Assembly (NCBI RefSeq): GCF_000281045.1 | Contig: NW_008246120.1 | Span: forward strand, 237,835-264,010 | DNA from: Saprolegnia diclina VS20 | Lineage: Eukaryota | Direction: 5' to 3' | Length of the DNA stretch: 26,176 nucleotides | Shown: piece after piece, positions 20,285 through 26,176 of the stretch | Layout: the number at the start of each line of letters is the position of its first letter | Numbering within the stretch: the stretch's first letter is position 1 | The notes under the pieces: model-generated | Seen by the model: the letters and a program-made list of their open reading frames with translations, nothing else | Told to the model about the DNA's origin: nothing | Database searches by the model: none | Translations under genes and position numbers: made by a program

Positions 20285-21223
20285 TTACTTGCGCGCGATC
20301 ACAAGCACAAAGGTTAGGTACTGGAGTTCGTGGAGGTGCAAGAGCATTTGACCCGTCATCCGAATCTTCTCAAAGCCGTCGGCGAGCCCCCAGTCTTCGA
20401 GAAGACGCCCTTGGGCCTCGGCAAAGGCGCCAAACCCCGTCATAATCCCGTCAAGCGGCGTCACTTGTACGTCGTGGAAGCCAATTTTCGTGAGCTTTTC
20501 CGTAAACATGTCGGTGGTCCAGAGGTTCGCGAACGGGATGCTCGCCATCGAGCACATGGCCCGCAGCCGCGCCTGCTCAAAGCCCTTCCACGTAAGGAGC
20601 TCGGGCGAGACGGCGCAGTCGACCATGCCCAGCATACCGTTGGGCAAGAGCACGCTGAACGCCTCTGTGAGAAACGCAAACCGGGTCTCGAAATGGTATG
20701 CGGCGTCGCAGCTGAGCACCTTTGTGAGCGCAAGATTGGGCAGCGCGCTCAGCGCGGTCGCCGAGCAGTCGTGGACGTCAATGGTCGACGTGAGGTCCAA
20801 CGCCTTGACAAGCGTCCGCGCGCCGTCGAGGTGCGTCGGCGTCACGTCGAGGCCGATGACTTTGGCGACCTTGAAGTGGGTGGCCCAGAGCACGCATTGA
20901 TCGCCGCGACCAATGCCAGCGTCTAAGACCATGTCGTGAGCCTCGAGCTGCACGGCGCGGCCGAGCTTGAGGGCGAGGAGCTCGCACGCTTCGGGGTACG
21001 AGGTCACGGCGCTGCCATCGTCGCGCGTCCAGAAGCCGAGGTTGATCCACGACGACGTCTTGGTCAACGGCGACGTCTCCTTCTTGAGGCACGCCAGCGT
21101 GGCGTCGATGTGGAACTTGGTCTGCGGCAGCGGCCGGGTCATGAAGTGGTGCGAGAGGTACCCTGCCGTGAAGCATGCGATGGGCACTGCCAGCGTCGTC
21201 GCCCAGCTGCGTTGGTCCGCCAT
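20285..21223 (-). CDS. Class I SAM-dependent methyltransferase with N-terminal hydrophobic anchor, 312 aa
   Basis: WINLGFW; motif I VLDAGIGRGDQ; VIGLDVT; DCSAT; VLSCDAAYHF; VLLPNGMLGMVD. The ATG at 21223 is followed by TLAVPIACFTAGYL. Confidence 0.88.
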   Translation of the reverse strand: MADQRSWATTLAVPIACFTAGYLSHHFMTRPLPQTKFHIDATLACLKKETSPLTKTSSWINLGFWTRDDGSAVTSYPEACELLALKLGRAVQLEAHDMVLDAGIGRGDQCVLWATHFKVAKVIGLDVTPTHLDGARTLVKALDLTSTIDVHDCSATALSALPNLALTKVLSCDAAYHFETRFAFLTEAFSVLLPNGMLGMVDCAVSPELLTWKGFEQARLRAMCSMASIPFANLWTTDMFTEKLTKIGFHDVQVTPLDGIMTGFGAFAEAQGRLLEDWGLADGFEKIRMTGQMLLHLHELQYLTFVLVIARK

Positions 21224-21441
21224 TGTTCGCCGAATCGAATCTGGCCCTTCTATGCGATACCACGCTTTGCCGCGTTTCATTGGCCAATCTCGTGATTTTC
21301 ATTGTTTTTTGTCCAATCACAAGCACGCCGCCATGGCGTCCGTCCATGGTTCCCGTTTCCAGTCAACGAGCCGTCCTTTCTGCACGAGCGAGACGTCAAG
21401 GAGAGAGAGATGGAGAGGAAGAGAAGGTAATAGCATCTAAT

Positions 21442-22914
21442 TTAGGAAATATTGGCGGGCTTGAACACGTTGAAGCCATCGGCGGCCGTACTGACAAGGA
21501 GACCGGGGCACTGCGGGTGGAAGTGCAGCTCCTTGATGTCGGTCTGGCCTTGGTGGATGAAGAGGAGCTGCGGCGGCACGTCGAGCTTCTCGCTGCTCGG
21601 GTGCTGTTCCGTGTCCTCTTCGACCGACATGTCCCAGATCGAGATCTGGTTGTCGGCGCCCGAGACCGCGAGCATCGACTCGTCGCTCGGGTGCCACTCG
21701 ATCGACGTGACGGGCGCCGTGTGGTAGCGAAAGTGCGCGATCGGGTCGTCCTTGGCCGGCGACCCAAACTTGCGGCAGTCCCAAATCTTGAACGAGCCGT
21801 CGTCCGAGCCCGACGCAATCAAGTGCGACACGTTGCGGTTCCACGAGATGACGTTGACGTCCTGGTCGTGCGCGTTGACTTCAATCATCGACCGGGTCTT
21901 GGTGCGGATGTCCCAAATGCGCACCGTCTTGTCAGCCGAGCACGACGCGAACACCGAGCCCTCGAGCGGGCTCCACTGGAGGTCCTCGATGCTCGCCTTG
22001 TGGCCCGTAAACGGGATCTTATCGACGACCCACGACGCTCCGTTGTTGACCCAGTGGTAAATGTACTTGGAGCAGTCACCGGTGAGGAGCGACCCGGCCG
22101 TGTGCGGCGACCAGTCCATTGCGAACCCTTCGTCGGCATGACCGGTAAAGGTAAAGACCGGCGCGGCCGTCGACGACATGCCCACCGGGTTCTTGCCGTC
22201 GAGCGACTGGAGCTGCTTGGAGATGTCGTACAAGTGCACCTTGCGTGTGTCGGCCCACGTCGCGACAATGTTGGACGACTGCGGCATCGCGCGGATGCGG
22301 TTGATGCCGCCGTGGTGGTCGATCGAGCGCGACTCGAGCACCGGGTCGCCTTCCTCGGCGTCGTCTTCGTCGTCCGAGTCGTCAGCGTCCGAGTCGTCCG
22401 AGTCGTTTTCGTGCTTGGTCTTGTGCAGCTCGGTCATCTTCATGATCGTGATCTTGTTGTCCGAGGCTTTGGCGGCCTGCGTGCCCGCGACCACGTAGAT
22501 GCTCATGGGAAACTTGGTGCGGCAAGCGCCGAGGTTGTCGCGCACAATGTCAAACGAGAGCGACGGCCACTCGGCCGACATGGCGTAGTAGAGATCGTAG
22601 GCCGACGAGTCGTAGTCGAGGACTTCGTCTTCGCCAAGCTTCTCCTTGTTGGGCAGCCACACCTTGGTCGTCGGCTCCTTCTCGTCCTCGTCGTCAGCAG
22701 CGATCGTCTGCATGGGCGTGTCGACGTCCATGTCGTCGCTGTCAGCCTCGTCGTCGTCGGCCGCGTCCTCGGAGACCATCTCTTCGTCCTCAAGGTCGTC
22801 GCCATACGGGTCTTCGAAGACCAAGTCTTCCTCGGTCTCCTCGACATGCTGCATGGCCGGCGCGTCGCTGCGCGCCTTCTTCTTCCCCAGGACGGACTCG
22901 ACCCCGCGCTTCAT
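21442..22914 (-). CDS. GRWD1: Glutamate-rich WD repeat protein 1 / Rrb1 (ribosome biogenesis, Rpl3 chaperone), 490 aa
   Basis: Acidic N-terminus; LDYDSSAYD..EWPSLSFD; AGTQA; H.GGINRIR; EGFAMDWS; SIEDLQWSP; PPQLLFIHQGQTDIKELHFHPQCPG. Confidence 0.95.
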   Translation of the reverse strand: MKRGVESVLGKKKARSDAPAMQHVEETEEDLVFEDPYGDDLEDEEMVSEDAADDDEADSDDMDVDTPMQTIAADDEDEKEPTTKVWLPNKEKLGEDEVLDYDSSAYDLYYAMSAEWPSLSFDIVRDNLGACRTKFPMSIYVVAGTQAAKASDNKITIMKMTELHKTKHENDSDDSDADDSDDEDDAEEGDPVLESRSIDHHGGINRIRAMPQSSNIVATWADTRKVHLYDISKQLQSLDGKNPVGMSSTAAPVFTFTGHADEGFAMDWSPHTAGSLLTGDCSKYIYHWVNNGASWVVDKIPFTGHKASIEDLQWSPLEGSVFASCSADKTVRIWDIRTKTRSMIEVNAHDQDVNVISWNRNVSHLIASGSDDGSFKIWDCRKFGSPAKDDPIAHFRYHTAPVTSIEWHPSDESMLAVSGADNQISIWDMSVEEDTEQHPSSEKLDVPPQLLFIHQGQTDIKELHFHPQCPGLLVSTAADGFNVFKPANIS

Positions 22915-23622
22915 GGCTCAATTCAAAATACGACCAACCGCTTTTGACTGGCCGTAAAAGACTGGTGACAAAGGTACTCGCACATTCGATTGTAGAGGAC
23001 CTCTCGGAACCGATACGATTTTGAAAGGCCAAAACAACTTCAACTTGAAAGATCGCCAGGCCGACACCGATGGGTTGGCCACGAGCAGTAGAAGAGATGG
23101 TATGGAGCGCGCAAGGTAGTCGCGAGTGAGCGACGAGCGTGTGAGGCAGAGACGCGGCTACGGACGTGCGTCGTGCCGTGTATGACAGCTCCATCATCGG
23201 ATCCATTTTGGTGCATGGACGTGGCATCGACAAACTTGGTATTGTGGTATTTGGCTTGTCAGGGTGGCGGAACTTGAGATTGCGTCTTTGTAGATAAAAC
23301 GGTGTGGCTAGTGGACTGGTGATGAGCCTTCGCCGAGTCGTTAGTCGAGAGCGTGAGCGTCCTTCAGGCTAGGAACCAGACTCCTCCACTTCCTCTACCC
23401 ACTGGTATCTACCTCATCTTTCCAGCTTGAGCATCACCACACAACGTGTCTAGTAAAGCAAGGCGCGTCGAGGTGTACCGATGCATAGCTTTGGCTTAGT
23501 TTCGTACGTCTCTCCCAGCCGGCACTCGAAACGGGACTACGTTGCGAAATTGTACACGCGGTAGCAAGGACAAGAAACTCCATGGTCGTGTCATTCGTAG
23601 CTATCGTACAACACGGTGGGTA

Positions 23623-24078
23623 TCACTGTAGCGCCTGGCGTTGCTCCACCCGCTCGTTGGCGTCCGAAGCTTGCAATTGCCCGTGTTGATGGAGCTGCGC
23701 GGCCGCCATGTCGACGGCGTCCACCGACGACGTGTGGCTCTTCTTGAAGACAACGAGCTTCTCGTAGTAAATGTCGCTTTGGTCGGCGGCTGTTTCGGCG
23801 GCAAAGCCAACGTCCGAGGCGCTGACGCCGTCGGCTTGTGCGTGTTCGTGGGCGTCCTGGGTGCCATCGACATGTGCGTCACTGCCAAATGGAGCGTTTA
23901 GCAAGTGACGATGGGAGCGTCCGCCGTGGACGACAAAAAGCTTCTCGTCGTGGTACTCGTGCACGCCAAAGGCCGAGTCGCTCGGTGCAACGTACGCCCG
24001 CCGTCGCAAGTAGACTACCTTGGCGTGGCCCAGCCCAAGGACGAGCGCGAGCACCCATAGAGCGCTCCAGAGAAGCAT
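23623..24078 (-). CDS. Small secreted hypothetical protein, 151 aa, Cys-free, His/Ala/Asp-rich
   Basis: Strong signal peptide MLLWSALWVLALVLGLGHA-K from the ATG at 24078. GC3-rich codons. No domain recognised. Confidence 0.72.
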   Translation of the reverse strand: MLLWSALWVLALVLGLGHAKVVYLRRRAYVAPSDSAFGVHEYHDEKLFVVHGGRSHRHLLNAPFGSDAHVDGTQDAHEHAQADGVSASDVGFAAETAADQSDIYYEKLVVFKKSHTSSVDAVDMAAAQLHQHGQLQASDANERVEQRQALQ

Positions 24079-25593
24079 CACGAGGTATCGTTTGGCTGGC
24101 TGGTAATGATTTGCTCCAAGACAGGTCGGCAACCCCGATTTCTTTGGCTCGTCTATCTCGCCTTGGTTCGGCGACTACTAGTCCTGGCTCGATTATACAA
24201 CACGTAGCATGATGTCGACAGTGTAGTCTCCATCGATCTCCGTTGATCTCCATTGACCAGAGTGATAAATCCACTTGATGCTGGGACGCGCCGAGCAGCT
24301 CGGCGTCTCGTCCTGCAATGTGGGCTTGCGGAGGACCAGAACGTGACAACCAGTGTGAATCTGGCGCAGATCAGTGCAACATCAGTACCACGGACAGTTG
24401 ACCGACAGCCTTGGGTGGATTGCGAGCGCGCAAGTAATTACTAGCCACACAATCGTGCAACATGGCGTGCGAAATGCGAGTTTATCATCCTCAGTCTCAG
24501 GACGTACTACGCTACTACGTGGCGGTCGTCGGATGCGTCGTCGTCGTCGACGACGACCATCTTCTCCGCCGCGTTCTGGGATGCGTACGATGACGATGCC
24601 GCCTCCAGTGTCCAGTGGCGCGAGGTCGCTGTTGACGGTACATAGAACACTGTATCTCTTCCAGTACCGTCATTTTTGCTTTGCCTGGCGCACACATCTG
24701 CGCTGCAAACCAAGTCGGCCAAGAAACGCGCCGCCAGCTGGCTCTCTCGGATCTCACTCTGTTGTTGTTTATTGAATGCATAATATGCTTTTGCGATCTA
24801 GGATGCACGTAGTTAACACTGCGCCAAACACTGCTGGTACCCAGCCTTGCCCACGGACGGAGGCCACAGAAACGACATCATGACGTGTGCCGGCAGACAA
24901 CTACAGTGGGTGGGTGTGTGCTGTTCTTCGTCTGCCACGTCCACGCTGGATGCTGGCGGATCCAAGCTGCCGATCCCACGCGGCAATTACACTGTCCAGC
25001 GAACGGTGTGTCCTCGCTTCAACAATGCGTCTCCTCACGAACCTCCTCGCTGTGTTCGTAGTCTCCTAGCACGGGGTCGCTGCCGTCGATCTAGCAACGT
25101 GAACACGTGTGGTGCGACGCCGTCGAGGAGTTTCTGCCGCCAGCTACGCTTCGAGGTATCCTTCCTCGACTGGATCGTGCCAGCCAATACACTGGATGTT
25201 TGTATCGCTACACCATTTGGTCGCATACGACAAGCTGCGACACATGATGCAGAGAAGCGCGTGGTCGGTTTGATTGGCCCGACTCGGCAGCACCGACGGC
25301 GCCTCGCTGTGGCTGAGGCACCGAGCTCCCAAAGCCCATAGCTTCCGCCAGCGCTATCGCTGCCGTGGCGCTGGCGGAGGCGTGGCCCAGCGCAGTGGGA
25401 CAGACGCAGTGTAAGATACAACCTCCGGCTTGCACCGCCAATATCTGGTGCCACACCACATGACGCCAAAGACGGGCCACCGTCCGAATGCAGAGGCGGG
25501 TGCTGCGGATGTTCATGGTGGGACGCTACCACGGACGACCAATGCTGAAGGGCGGGTGCAATTACACATGGTCGGTATCGACGCGTCCGCAGA

Positions 25594-25610
25594 GCTCATT
25601 CTACGATTTG
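25594..25610 (+). promoter_or_regulatory. Oomycete INR+FPR core promoter
   Basis: GCTCATTCTACGATTTG fits the GCTCATTY...WTTT pattern and ends 15 bp before the ATG at 25626. Confidence 0.72.
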
Positions 25611-25625
25611 TCGTCGACGACCACC

Positions 25626-26176
25626 ATGAAGGCCCAGCTGATTGGTATTGCGCTCGCGGTGGCGTCCGCGCAAGCTGCCACGTGCAGCACCGTGCTCTCC
25701 AACACGGACTACATTGGCAACGACATTACGACGACGACGCAGACCAAGTACGACGCGTGCTGCGACGACTGCAACAAGACGCTCGGGTGCTCGCACTACG
25801 TCTGGAACAGCTACACGAGCACGTGTATTCTCAAGGGCGGCGTGCCTGGCGCGCCGGTCAAGGTCGATGGTGCGTTCGCAGCGACGCTCAAGGCCGGCCC
25901 CAGCGATGCCACGTGCAGCGCGGTCAAGAAGGACACCGACTACTTTGGGAACGACCTCACGACGACGAGCCGCAACAGCTACGACGCGTGCTGCGCCGAC
26001 TGCAGCAAGGCCAAGGGCTGCACGCACTACGTCTGGAACAGCCACACGAGCACGTGCATCCTCAAGGGCGGCACTCCGAACGAAGGCGGGGCTCCTGTGC
26101 CGGGTGCGTACGCGGCCAAGCTCGCGAACGCGACGCCATTGCCAACGACGCCGTTTGTGCCGGTGCCCGGCGGTGA
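25626..26176 (+). CDS. Secreted protein starting with two tandem PAN/Apple domains; runs off the window
   Basis: Manual translation: MKAQLIGIALAVASAQA-ATCSTVLSNTDYIGNDITTTTQTKYDACCDDCNKTLGCSHYVWNSYTSTCILKGG...ATCSAVKKDTDYFGNDLTTTSRNSYDACCADCSKAKGCTHYVWNSHTSTCILKGG...PLPTTPFVPVPGG. No stop before the edge. This frame is not in the ORF track. Confidence 0.9.
   Translation, partial: MKAQLIGIALAVASAQAATCSTVLSNTDYIGNDITTTTQTKYDACCDDCNKTLGCSHYVWNSYTSTCILKGGVPGAPVKVDGAFAATLKAGPSDATCSAVKKDTDYFGNDLTTTSRNSYDACCADCSKAKGCTHYVWNSHTSTCILKGGTPNEGGAPVPGAYAAKLANATPLPTTPFVPVPGG

Noticed and set aside
19149..21223. Glycosylase plus methyltransferase as a DNA modification or defence pair
   Set aside because: The MTase lacks DNA-MTase motifs (DPPY/NPPY, PC) and has a membrane anchor. 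Convergent neighbours are normal in compact oomycete genomes.
21175..22947. Long antisense or alternate-frame ORFs (590 aa here; also 111-2213 +, 8064-8762 -, 11390-13153 -, 16144-17112 +, 25430-26176 +)
   Set aside because: Shadow ORFs produced by GC3-rich codon usage of the real genes; no recognisable motifs.
24200..25590. Short ORFs and (GTC)n/(GAC)n palindromic tract near 24540
   Set aside because: No recognisable domain or consistent coding frame; GTC/GAC runs are common in this sequence.
1..26176. CRISPR arrays, rRNA/tRNA genes, transposase or reverse-transcriptase ORFs
   Set aside because: None seen by eye. The sequence is eukaryotic, and the only long repeats are the paralogous GMC genes and PAN modules.

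Overview
Eukaryotic, GC-rich genomic DNA from an oomycete, most likely Saprolegniales (e.g. Saprolegnia). This is inferred from oomycete INR+FPR core promoters, 43-59 bp introns mostly ending in TAG, PAN/Apple-rich secreted proteins and 'TTxAMD'-type ankyrin repeats. Genes from left to right: an RNI-like LRR protein (minus strand, runs off the left edge, missing from the ORF track); a 7-exon PP6/Sit4 phosphatase; a decayed ankyrin-repeat pseudogene; an 8-exon glycosylasparaginase with a probable GC-AG intron; three paralogous secreted cellobiose-dehydrogenase-like GMC flavoproteins with no cytochrome domain (two carry four C-terminal PAN/Apple domains, one has none and spans an assembly gap); a truncated TBC (RabGAP)-like protein lacking both catalytic fingers; a 5-exon MUG/TDG-family DNA glycosylase; a class I SAM methyltransferase; GRWD1/RRB1; a small secreted orphan; and a secreted tandem-PAN protein running off the right edge (also missing from the track). 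The best candidate for an uncharacterised system is the CDH-like/PAN cluster. All calls are from reading the sequence and recalled family motifs; no searches were run.
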